A program made the translations under genes and the position numbers. The notes beneath the pieces are model-generated. The model saw only the letters and a program-made list of their open reading frames with translations, had not been told where the DNA came from and searched no databases. A DNA stretch of 64,000 bases from Ginglymostoma cirratum (taxonomy: Eukaryota): assembly GCA_024137785.1 (NCBI GenBank), contig JAHRHZ010000067.1, positions 5,729,016 through 5,793,015 on the forward strand, written 5' to 3'. Of this stretch, positions 11,001 through 22,430 are shown piece after piece. How positions within the stretch are numbered: position 1 is the first letter of the stretch; each line of letters begins with the position of its first letter.

Positions 11001-14000
11001 CACCTATTGTCATTAAATCTTATGCATCATTCTGTCTGTCAACCAGTTTACTTTTTTTTTGAATGAGCATGCAATTTACTTTAAAGTTCAACAAGCTGAA
11101 TGTTTCTTAATAGTTGTATGAAGTTATAATGTCAGAGTAGACTGGGATTATACTCATTGGAATTCAGAAGAATGAGGGGAGATCTTATAGAAACATACAA
11201 GATTATGAAGGGAATAGATAAAGTGGAGGCAGGGAGGTTGTTTCCGCTAGCAGGTGAAATTAGGACTAGAGGGGCATCGCCTCAAAATAAAGGGAAGCAG
11301 ATGTAGGACTGAGGTCGGGAGGAACTTCTTCACCCAAAGGGTTGTGAATCTGTGAAATTCCCTGCCCAGTGAAGTGGTTGGAGCTACCTCGCTGAATGTT
11401 TTTAAGGCAAGGCTAGATAAATTTTTGAACAGTAAGGGAATTAAGGGTTATGGTGAGTGGGCGGGTAAGTGGAGCTGAGTCTCAAAGATCAGCCAAGATC
11501 TTATTAAATGGCGGGGCAGGCTTGAGGGGCCAGATGGCCTACTCCTGCTCCTAGTTCTTATGTTCTTATATACATTTCCTGAAGTATTATACAGCTTTGT
11601 AACTTTTTTTGTAGCCCGTTGGAGGGAAGTATAGGTTTTCAGTTTTAGCACAACTGAAATTTTAAATCAGTTTGAAAAGAGAATGCGTAAAGTTTACAAA
11701 AATATGTATCCTGACCTGTTTGTTTAATTTCTGATCTCCTAGACAGACCTGAGCTAAATGAGGGAGATGATGGTCAAACTTCTGGCAGATCTGCTGAATC
11801 TTGCTGTACTGGACAAAGAACTGTTGAAGATATTTGTAGGTAATTTTTAAGTATTTAATATCATTTATATATTACTGTGGCTAATCCTTATAGTACATTA
11901 TAATAAGTCTTGGCTTGGAGATATGGGTTAGATTGCTCATTTATCATTTAAATAGCTGAATGTGTCAATGCTTTTTGTCAATTCAGCTGTTCTAGCAATG
12001 TTAAACAAAACATTGTTGGTGCCTTCCTACAGGTTCCAACACTGGCAATTGCAGTTCTTGTGAAATCCTTTTTTAATACTTTTTGGTGAAATGAAAGAAG
12101 AAATGAAGGTGCAAAACATTAAATGGGTGAAAGTTTGGAAAGTGTTGTGTTGAAAGACATCTTTTTTCATAAGTCACTGAAAGCTAGCATTCAGGTCCAA
12201 CAAGCAGTTCTGAAGACAAATAGTGTATTTGCCTTAATTACAAGAGAAGTCTTGCTTCAATTGTATAGGAACACCATACCTCTACTATTGAATGCAGTCT
12301 GGTCCCCTTGCCTAAGGAAGGATATACATGCCGTAGAGGGAGTACAGTGGAAATTCACCAGGTTAAACCCTGGGATTGTCGGACTGTTCTACGAGGAGAC
12401 TTGGCCTGTATTCTCTATTCAGAATTTAGAAAAGCAAGAGGCAGTCTCATAGGAAGTTACACAGTTCTTAATGGGATAAACTGTATATACAGAAGGATTG
12501 CTTATTCTGTCTGTGGTGTCTAGAACTGCGTGACATAGCCTCTTATTCTGGGACTGGGATGAGGAGGAACTACTTCACGTGGAGGGTGTCGAATCTTTGG
12601 AATTCTCTTCCCTCAGAGGGCTGAGTAAGCTCAGTCATTAAGTAAATTTCAGGACGAAAATTGATATATTTCCAGTTACCAATAACATTGAGGGATTTGA
12701 GACAACATGAGCATTGAGGTAACTGATGACCGTGACTTAAAATGGCTGTATGGACTTAAAGGGCTGAATGACCTATTCCTGCTCCTATGTTCTAGTGATT
12801 ATTTAGGAGAAGGAAACTGTTTTCTGTTTTAGGTAGAGCAATCTAATAATTAAAATGTCCCATAATTGCATGCTTTAACACCACACATCACCCCTGGTTT
12901 TGACAGCTGGTCATTAATTACAATTATTTCCTATTAAAAGGAGAATTTGATGCTGAGGTGTTCTTTGCTTGCTTCTGCCCCCATAATTGAAAAGTAAATT
13001 TGGGCAATCAATCTTTCTCTTCCCCTCCCCTGACCCCAGTAGAAATGAGCAATCCTCCAATCAGTCTGAACAGAAAAGCGAAATGCTACCTGAGGGAAGT
13101 AGCACTAAACGGAGAAAGCAGGATGAAAGGATCCCGCTGGAGCGCTTTGGCCGAAAATACCTGAACGTCACTGACCTGAGTAGACAGATTTGGTGTGAGC
13201 AGCAAGTGATTTATGGACTGGAACTGCCACACATTGAACAACTGCGAGAAGAAGTTCCAGTTGTGAAAGCTGGTAGCTGTCTACACCTGGCAAGAGGTAA
13301 CTTTTTTTACACTGAAATGAACGTTGTTTGACCCAGCGTCATGGTGTAATAGCTGGAAACCACACGATCCTAAGATGCAGACCTTCATCAACAATTCTTA
13401 TGCTCTTGGAAAACAAAACCTGGCTGATGGTGGGAGGGGTGATTTTAATACTGGTTTTAAAATTAGAGTGGATGCAAAAAGAATGTTGTGGGGGAATAGC
13501 CTAACCAGAGATCACTAATATAAATCACCTGAGAAATCTAGTGGAGAATTCAGAAGAAACCTCTTCATCTAAAGAGTGGTGAGATTATGGAACCTGGTGC
13601 CACACTGAGTGTTTAAGGTGTATAGAAAGATGCACTTAAGCGGAGACGAGACAAATGTGAGAAAGTGAATAGAGGATTTAGATGAGGAAAGACTGGAAGC
13701 ATCTTGAGTGGAGCTGGCATGGACCACATGTCCTGTGAAATCCTATGCTGTGCCTTTTAGATCAGTAAATAGGAATAAAGTGCTTTCCGGAAAAGAGAAA
13801 AGAAAGCTATTACAGCCAAGTGTTATTCATGTGCACCTTCTAACATCCAGTTCAAAAGGTCCCTGTTACTGGTTGGCTGTATTTATCCATCCGGCCCCAT
13901 TGATCAAAGGTCAACTGGTATCAACATAGGCATATCATAGCTTCAAAATTGGGAGGGGTAAGAGAGGTAAAGTGATCCTGTACTTCCAAGTAAATAAAAT

Positions 14001-17000
14001 ATTGATTTTTCAGTAGCACCTTTTTAAATTGTTGGCAGTTGACTTTTGTTTAAGCCTAGCACCATAAATACACAGTGTACTTTTGCAAGTGTCCCTTTTT
14101 AAATTTCCACTTTAAGTTTAAAGTGTTTTGTTCTGTATGGTCAATAGACTTATTACTCTTTTATGCATGCACCGAAAATATTGCTAAATAATAGTTGCAC
14201 TGATCTGCTCGCTTGCCTGCCTGGTGATTTTCCTACGTATACAGCTCATAGGTGAGGGAATCTATTTTTCACTGTTTTTATTTCTTGCTTCTCATCCCCC
14301 TTCTTCTAAAGGCACAAATGTGCTGAGGGTCCACAGTCACTTCATCTTTGTGTTTGCATTCCAAGCTTGGGCTTGTTATTTGGTTCTGAGCTGCATTGCG
14401 ACAAAGTCCAATCCTATCCGCATATTTAGGGGGAGATGGTGCAGTGGTAATGTCACTGGACTGGTAATCCAGAGATACAACCTAATGCTGTGGTGATTAC
14501 TGATTGAAAACCCATCGTGGCAGCTGGTGGAATCTAAATCTTAGTAATGGTGAATGATTGTCATAAAAACTCATCTGGCAGTCTGCTGTTCTTATGTGGG
14601 CTGGCTCATGTGAGAATCAGACTGACAGCGATGTGATGACTCTTAACTACCCTCACACAAATGGCCAAGCAAACCACTCAGTACAAGGGCAGTTGGGGAT
14701 AGGCAACAAATTCTGACCTTGCCAACAATGACCATTTCCTATTAAATACTTTATAGGGTACACATTTTCCAGCAGGGACACTGGGTAATGATCAGAAGTT
14801 GGAACTGTGTATTATGCACTATTTTCTGCAATAATCTAACATGAATAGAGGAGGAATCAGAAGCTGATTCTGCATCTGAATGAGGCCCCATTTACCTGTT
14901 CGTTTTGTTAAATAAACTGCTGCCTTGGCAGACTCAAGGCTGATCTTGAGATTTAATTGAATCACTGCTCCTGACAATTATTTAAGAACCAGTGCTGCTC
15001 CATTAATGAACAAAGTGGGCTGGGATTGAAATGTTTTCCTTTTAATGTAGATATTTTTCAAACTTTTAGTGGCAGGCTTAAACTCTCCCTATCTACCCAG
15101 TTTAATTCACACTGCAATTCTGCTGTGTGTTGTAGTCCTGGTATTAAAGGAGAAGTTTCAGTAAAGTGTATTTCTGTTTCTTCTGTTTTAGAATTGGAGA
15201 TCCAGGATATTGTCCCGATAAATGTAGAGAGTCGGGAAGATAGCTGGGCTGTGAAGATACTTAATCTTCTCTCAATGATCCAGTTCTTGCAAGCAGGTAT
15301 GTTAAAGTATTGTCAGGTATTTACCTTAAAAGTAGGAAACTTCTTTCATAATTTAAAAAAACTCAAACATATTTTATACTACAAAGTATCTTACTGTGGC
15401 CTCTGCTTTGGTAGCACTTTCCACAGTATCATCCACTTTGCCTAACCTGCTGGATAGGATTTTTTAAAAGATTGCCGCTTCAGAATATGACCAGCATCAT
15501 AATGGTGAGATGTACCACCTATGCAAACAACAGCTGAAAACTGCCTAGCTGAAAGATAATTAAGTTTGAGTAATTGTCAACATAGGACTCAAATTTCTAA
15601 CCGTCTGCATGAGTAGTGAATGTCACCGTGGCTGTCCATTCAACTGTACTGTAACAGAGCGATTTGGTTGTGTATTGAATAGGAGAGCGTGTCCGAGAGC
15701 TGCCAGTGTTTGGAGAGCTAGAGGGGATTTTTCTTGTTGGTGTTGTTGATGAGCTGTGCTATAATTCCAAAGGTGAACTGGAATTGTGTGAACTGAAAAC
15801 TCGTGGTCAGCGAACATATCCCAGTGCAGCCCAAAGGAAGAGTCATCTGTTTCAAGTGAGTGGGTGCAGTAATTTGGAAAGGATCTGTTTTCATGGCTCA
15901 CTTCAGTGGGTTATTTAAAACACCAACAATATCCTTTTGCATCATGCTTTACACCATTTGGAACAACAATGACTGGTAATTGGATTGGTAAAGCATACAT
16001 CCTAATTATGTTTTGTACCACTGTTTAGTAGGGTCATATCGACACAACACTAACTCTAACTTTACAGTTCAATATGTTCATGGAGTCTGTGCACATTAGT
16101 GCAATTTCAGAGTTGGGACTGTGGAGATACTTTCACGAACTGTCTCTTTGGCTTATTCGATAGCTGTCTCACCTATTGGTCAGAAAGTTTTAAGCCTCCC
16201 ATCAAGTCTCTAGTGAACAAACACGTCCAGTGCACTGTTGCTGGAGTTTAGGAGAAGTCAAATTTAAATATTATCTGCTCACATCAGTAGTTCAATTAGA
16301 CATGGAAAACATTGGGGTTCTCTTTCTTTTTTAAAAAAAAACATTCCTTAGATTTATTGCTGTCTTTGGTTCCATTTCCTTTCTTGCTCTGTGTTTAGCC
16401 AGTAGTTCTCAAGCTTTGTTGATGAAGGGCCAACTTTAAATATGTTAATAATTATGGCCATAATATTGTATGAGATTTCTCTTTCAAGTTGTGCATGTTG
16501 TGGTTTAGAAATGTCTTTAGGTAAGTGAATGTACCTTCCTTTTTAAAAACATTTATTTTTAAAGACTGCCTTTCGTGAGCAAGCTGAACTCGCCCAATGC
16601 CCACCAGCAGCCTTGGTGACAGCAAGTCTACCCGATGAACTCTGAAGCTGCTCCATATGCTCTTGTGCTTCGAGATAACCAGCGCCTCTGCGTATCATTT
16701 GTGGCCTCTACACTTCACTCCACCCTCCCACCTTACAACAGACCCATCTCTGGCTGCTGCCCATTTGTTCACTTACTGATTTCCCCTGGAAAGGAGTCTG
16801 TAGTCTCCAGCTTGAGAACCATGGTTAGATTAATCTCTGGTAATTCTCAATGCCCTTTGAAAGTATTTTCACTTATTAATATTCTTAACTCAAGATAATG
16901 ATCAGAACAACTATTAATTATTTAACTACTGAAAAATCTTGGAGGCGATTAGATTTTCTGAAGTGTCAAGACTTTAGACCTGATATTTATTTTGATTAAT

Positions 17001-18445
17001 TCTCTTCTAAAAAATCATATTCTAAAACTATAAAATTCTGTATTATAGAATTTATGGAAAATGTTGTTATATCCTTAAAAACAGTAAAGATAATATTTCC
17101 ATACAATTTTTGTCTTGTAATCTCTAGCTACAAAATCTTGGTACTCCACTGTGCCTCTCTGTGATTCAGTACAGTTTGATAAAGCAGCAGCCAGGATTTA
17201 CAGGGTTTCATGTAGATTGATTAGTTGCTGGCTGGACTTAAATGACTTGATACGTAAATTCAACAATAATTGGCTGTTACATGTGTCTACACTGTGCATA
17301 TATTGGCAACATGAAGCTTGGTTTCTCTCCAACTACAGAAATCAATTGGAAAAGCTCTTATTTCTATCATGTGCTGGTTTTTAATCCTGTAATTATAGTT
17401 ACCGAATGTGATAGCAGCCTGATTCAAAATAAGGCTTCATTTAGTCTCGCTGATCAATATTCCTTCTTCAGCCAATTTCTCATTAATACTTGTGGGGCAC
17501 TGCTGCTGCACTGTCGCTGCTGTGGTTCCACACAGAACAGTTTTAGCACTCTTAAAAAGGGAAGCTCGTCAATGAGAAAACCCACTGTTTAAATGCCAGT
17601 ATTTATTTCCCGGTGTTGTTGTGTTTTGTGATCACATTCGGTAAATTAAACATGATGTCACTACATTCCAGTTGGGGAGCAGTTATAAATTACTGTCATG
17701 TCATTTGTGCATGGATTATAAAGCTTTTAAAAAAAAAAAAAAAAATACGCTGCACAACCAGGGAACTAATGAAGACCTCTGGTGTGTGAAATGAATAGCA
17801 AAGGTATGTTGAAGTGAAATTAGGAACTGCGCATACTAGAGATCTGAAACAAAAAGACAGGAAATTTGTGAAGAAACTCCATTCTGGTAGCATGTGTGGA
17901 GATGTTAAGTTTATACTTGAGTGATGTTGGCTCTGTGTATTGATCATTTCATAAAACTAAATCCTTTTTATTACCAGGTTAGCATATACAAACTTCTCTT
18001 CGAGGGTATGATGAAAGGCCAACTGAACAAGGAAACCATCACTGATCACCTTCACTTACGGAGAGAGCAGCCGTTTAGTTCGGAGATTCTGATGCATGCT
18101 CAAAAGGTGGGATTTTCCACAAACACGTTTGGTGACCTTCTGGATTTAATGTTGCTAAACCTGACGTATGCAGAGATCCCCAATATTGACACCATGAAGA
18201 TAGAATACTGTTACCAAGCGGATGCCTCTCTAATTGGAACAGAAGTGGTGTACTTTGACGAGGCGTGGGTTAAAAGTGAGTTAAAGCATTATTGCTCTTT
18301 CTGGAAGGGCCAGAGGGAGGCCAAGGGTGTGGATATTGAGGAGGCATGGAAATGTCAGTCTTGTGACTTTGCAGACATTTGTGAGTGGAGACAAAGTAAA
18401 GCTGAAGAAGCTACGCTAAAGAATCGAGCAAATCAAAGCAAATGA
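4881..18445 (+). CDS. EXO5: Exonuclease V (Fe-S cluster ssDNA exonuclease), join(4881..5031,11743..11839,13040..13296,15192..15296,15683..15855,17978..18445), 416 aa
   Basis: Translation matches vertebrate EXO5 motifs: [41 protein letters not shown]...[39 protein letters not shown] (4 Fe-S Cys). All introns are GT-AG, phases agree, total 1251 nt. Exons 1-2 are less certain than exons 3-6. Confidence 0.93.
5085..6555. mobile_element. Nested CR1 fragments: minus copy (5085-5305 and 6073-6555) split by a plus copy (5318-5985) and a PLE scrap
   Basis: ORF 5321-5902 is the CR1 ORF2 C-terminus; the flanks are contiguous reverse-strand CR1 3' sequence. Confidence 0.85.
7102..7734. mobile_element. 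Palindromic PLE-derived element spanning a 400-N gap
   Basis: Inverted ~90-bp arms; TSD GTTGAAAACT(G/A)GT at 7089-7101 and 7735-7747. Confidence 0.8.
11135..11570 (+). mobile_element. CR1 LINE 3' end
   Basis: Near-identical reverse complement of 41029-41460. Confidence 0.9.
11743..11839 (+). CDS. EXO5: EXO5 coding exon 2 (low-complexity linker)
   Basis: ctcctAG acceptor and AG|GTAATT donor; open frame that bridges phase 1 to phase 2 exactly as exons 1 and 3 require. Confidence 0.7.
12100..12795 (+). mobile_element. Degenerate CR1 fragment
   Basis: [21 protein letters not shown]. Confidence 0.75.
13040..13296 (+). CDS. EXO5: EXO5 coding exon 3
   Basis: Pyrimidine tract plus CAG acceptor; encodes [16 protein letters not shown] and HLAR; donor G|GTAACT. 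Confidence 0.92.
15192..15296 (+). CDS. EXO5: EXO5 coding exon 4
   Basis: ttttAG acceptor; encodes [27 protein letters not shown]; donor G|GTATGT. Confidence 0.93.
15683..15855 (+). CDS. EXO5: EXO5 coding exon 5 (catalytic PD-(D/E)xK core)
   Basis: Encodes [23 protein letters not shown]...ELKTR; donor CAA|GTGAGT. Confidence 0.93.
17978..18445 (+). CDS. EXO5: EXO5 coding exon 6 (C-terminal Fe-S cysteines, stop)
   Basis: ttaccAG acceptor; encodes [10 protein letters not shown]...[14 protein letters not shown], then TGA. Confidence 0.95.
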   Translation, partial: VSIYKLLFEGMMKGQLNKETITDHLHLRREQPFSSEILMHAQKVGFSTNTFGDLLDLMLLNLTYAEIPNIDTMKIEYCYQADASLIGTEVVYFDEAWVKSELKHYCSFWKGQREAKGVDIEEAWKCQSCDFADICEWRQSKAEEATLKNRANQSK

Positions 18446-19609
18446 GGATTGCAATCAACATCTGGTTTTAAACCAGGACCAACAGATTTGCCATCTAACT
18501 AGAAGGAAGCCACCATCGCGGTACTGCTGTAGGATGTAAGCACAGTAATATCTGAATGCTCCTCGATTAATGCCAGCATACTGATTCCATTCTGTGACTT
18601 TGCTGCCCAGAACATAACTTGCCAAATATTGTCTGGGAATTCCTGCTTTCTGCAGAGGGGATTTCCATTAACGCCTTTCTACTGCCTCACAGCAGTTTTC
18701 ACTCTAATGTATTTTTGTATGTGAAGTGCCTCGTGATACTGTTAACTATTGACATTAAGTTAGTGGCCTTTTGGGCAGTTGTGATTTCCAACAGGCTAAG
18801 GTTGTAAGGAGTTAGTGTCTCTTTCAGCGTTTGTTGATCTCTGCCTAAATGCTGCCACTTTCTTTAAAAATGTAAACCTTGCCCATCATATTTTTGTGTG
18901 CGAGTCTCCTGGCCTTAAATAGTTGATGTAAAAGTGGAGGAAAGGAAAACAGGTTCAATTGCTCCAATCTGATAGGCCATGCAATGAAATGATTTTGAAG
19001 TATAGTGATTGTTGTAAAGTGGAGCTAGTAATTTTGTGTTGATGATGTACAGTACAAGTGGTCATCATCACTAAGCTTGCCAAATTTCTCTTTTCACAGC
19101 TCTTTGCTGTCAGTCTTATACAATACAACCTAAAACATCTTACTCTCATTCCTTCTAATTTGGGAAACATGGTTCTAAACTGAGGAGGGAGTTTGAAAGA
19201 AAAAGTAATAATTTTTAGCTATCACTTATTTTCTGCCCTTCATCTTCCCTACCTTCTTTCCCCTTCCGCTTCCTCTTTTGAAAGAACTAACTTCCTGGAA
19301 GTACAAGCCTCCAGGTGTCTCCTCTAAATAGCCCTGATGCACACATGAATCATGGCTTTAGAGCAGGGGCATCACATACACTAAACTTACCGTCACCAAA
19401 CATCTACGTGCACCCAGCTAGGGTCAATAAATACTGAAAACTCCAGTAATTTTTGCATCTTCTCATTCCTCTATGTTGACTTTGTACTTTCCCTTCTCCT
19501 ACTCTGCTTGTGTAAGACCAGTTTGTTAATTGAAGACACATTGTGAATTGAATTTGGAACTTTCTTGATGTGACTGGTTTGATTCATCCTGGAAAATTAT
19601 AGGCTCATA

Positions 19610-20490
19610 CAGCATAGAAACAGACCTTTCAGTCCAACCAGTCCACGCTGACCATGTTCCCAAACTAAACTAGTCCCACTTGCCCGTACTTGGCCCATAT
19701 CCCCCCAAACATTTCTTATTCATGAACTTATCCAAATGTTGTAGCTGTACCTACATCCACCACTTCCTGTGGCAGTTCATTTGACACACAAACCACTCTG
19801 TGTTTTAAAGAAAAAAGTTACCATTATGTCCTTTTCCAAAACTTTCTCCTCTCACCTTCAAAACTAAGGGGCATATTTTTAACTCCCCCACCCCCCCCAC
19901 TAAGGAAAAGAGCCTTGCTATTCACCTCATCTATACCCCTCATGATTAGATAAACCTCTAGAAGGTCACCCCCTCAACCTCCTATGCTCCAGTGCAAAAG
20001 TCCCAGGCTAATTTTTAATAACCCAATCTCTCCATTCCTGGTAACATCCTGGTCAATCTTTTCTGAACCGTCTCCAATTTAATAATATCCTTCCAATAAG
20101 TGGGTGACCAGAACTGCACACAGTACTCCAGAAGAGGCCTCCCCCAGAGTCCTTTTCAACCTCAACATGACATCCCAACTCCTACACTCCAAGAAAAACA
20201 GAAAGAACTGCAGATGCTGTAAATCAGGAACAAAAACAAGTTGCTGGAAAAGCTCAGCAGGTCAAGCAGCATCTGTGAAGAGAAAGGAACTCCGTTCTGA
20301 GGAAGGACCCGAAAGGTTAAATCTGATTTTTTTGTTTTTCTTCGCAGATGCTGCCATATCTGCTGAGCTTTTCCAGCAACTTTGTCTTTGTTCGTATACT
20401 CAAAGGACCGAGAAATGAAGCATGCTAAACACATCTTTAACTACCCTGTCTATCTGTGACACAAATTTCAAAGAACTATGTACCGGAACC
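19610..20490 (-). mobile_element. Degenerate CR1 fragment
   Basis: Reverse-strand CR1 3' sequence (gaccagaactgcacacagtactcca). Confidence 0.8.
20194..20393. mobile_element. Palindromic PLE-derived element inside a CR1 fragment
   Basis: GTTGCTGGAAAAGCTCAGCAG...CTGCTGAGCTTTTCCAGCAAC inverted arms around a degenerate CTGAGGA..GAAA core. Confidence 0.7.
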
Positions 20491-21169
20491 CCCTTAAAGG
20501 TAAAATGCTTCAGGATTATCTTGATATCATTAAATCTCTGAATCAATGTTGGATCATTATGGAGTTGTATTCAGAAGGTCCATATTACAAAGGGTGAAAC
20601 AATCCTTTTCAAGCAGGGGTCTGCCACTTGTGGGGCACCAGCATATGGTGCCATACCATGTGAATGTCTGTGTCACGCAAAAACCCTACCGAAAGTATTT
20701 TTTCATAGGAGCAAGTCATCTGTCCACATTTTTGGTTACAATTAATAATAAAACCTGCAGGAATTTGAACGGGAATAAAACTAGGGTGGTGGGGGAATGT
20801 TACTTTTGAAATAAGGGTGATTCCATGAACTTAAGGCTAAGACTTTGTACTTAAACTTCAGGATATCAGCATCTGCATGTTTAGCATGTGTTCATGCAAA
20901 ATTCCTTTACACAGTACTCAAGCTAATTGTAATAGTTCATTTTTAATGGCACAAAAAGAATTTCATAGGAAAAGCTAAGCAGTGTTCTATAATGTAATCA
21001 CAGTCTTCTGTCTCTATAAGAGTTAAGCTACACTTACTAATAAGCTAGATATTACAATTATTAAGTTCCAAAAATGTCCAAATTTTATAGGGACAGTTTT
21101 TGGTAAAGTAGAACTTATGGTCCTGGCTATAAAGTTCAATACACTACGTTTACACATTTAGAAGTAAAG

Positions 21170-21740
21170 AACGATGGAAGCTGGAGTTCTGAAATAAAAA
21201 CAAAGTGCTGGAGAAAAGCAGCAGGTCTAGTAGCATCTGTAGAGAGAAAGAGACCGGAATTAATGTTTCAAGTTGAATAACTCTTCAGATCTGAAGACGG
21301 CTGGAAAATTATGGTTTTTATGCTGCAGTCAAAGAGAGAGGAGGAGCAAGTTGAACAGATGGTGAGGCTGCCTGGAGCAAAAGGCAAAGGGAATGCTGAC
21401 GGTAGTAGAGGACAGCTATAGATGTAGCGTGTGTTTATGGAAGTTGTAAGTAGCAGAAAATAGGTCAGCTCTGCTACTAACATCTACCATTAACACCTGT
21501 TCTACATCTATATCTCTCCATTACTACTATTAGTATCCCGTTGCCTTTGACTGTGGGCAGCCTCACCATTTGTTCAACTTTTTCCTCCTGCTGTTCCCTT
21601 TTTTTTTTGCTAACAGCAAAAATGCCATCATTTTCCAGCCCCCTTCAGTTCTGAAGAATTTCCATTGGACTTGAAACATTAATTCTGTTTCTCTTTCCAC
21701 AGATGCTGCTGGACCTGCTGAGTTTCTTCAACATTGTATT
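21170..21740. mobile_element. Older, long palindromic PLE-derived element (~230-bp arms)
   Basis: 21205-21440 is an imperfect reverse complement of 21487-21736; degenerate hammerhead at ~21651. Confidence 0.7.
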
Positions 21741-22084
21741 ATTTTCACTACATTCGCATACTTACACTGAATTTTTTCTTCATGGTTTTATTCTCTAAAT
21801 GATCACTAATGTAATGTTTCATGTCCATTCCTGTATCAGATTTCCTTAACTTGGAGTATTTTAATGTTATAATGTAAAATGCACTTTATTTTTATTATAA
21901 ATAAACAACATTGTCTCATATACCATTTAAGTATGTTATTTTTTGAACTTCTGTAAAGCTCACATATTAAAATTGTTTGCAAAGTTTTGATTGATCCTGT
22001 TTCAGATTTTTATCCTGCGATAGAAATGCAAATATTTCTGTCACTTTAGCATTGCATGGATGATGTCTGTTAGGCCATCGCCTC

Positions 22085-22430
22085 CCCTAGTGGTATTAAT
22101 GCTGGACTATTAATCCAGAGACACTGTTCAGGGGACCTAGGTTCAAATCCTGCCATGGCAGATGGTGGAATTTGAATTCAATAAAATATCTGGAATTAAG
22201 AATCTAATGATGACTGTGAATCCATTGTTGATTGTCAGGACAAACCCATCTGGTTCACTAATCCCCTTTAGGGAAGGAAACTGCCATGCTTACCTGGTCT
22301 GGCCTACATGTGACTCCAGACCCACAGCAATGTGACTGACTCTTATCTGCCCTCTGAGCAATTAGGGATGGACAATAAATGTTGCCTGGCCAGCGATGCC
22401 CTCATCCTGTGAATGAATAAAGAAAAAAAA
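22085..22430 (+). mobile_element. tRNA-derived SINE (DeuSINE/SacSINE1-like)
   Basis: A/B boxes (TAGTGG..GGTTCAAATCC), conserved core and A-rich tail; related copies at ~6600, ~7000-7920, ~14430 (+) and ~2455-2820, ~58230-58740 (-). Confidence 0.7.
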
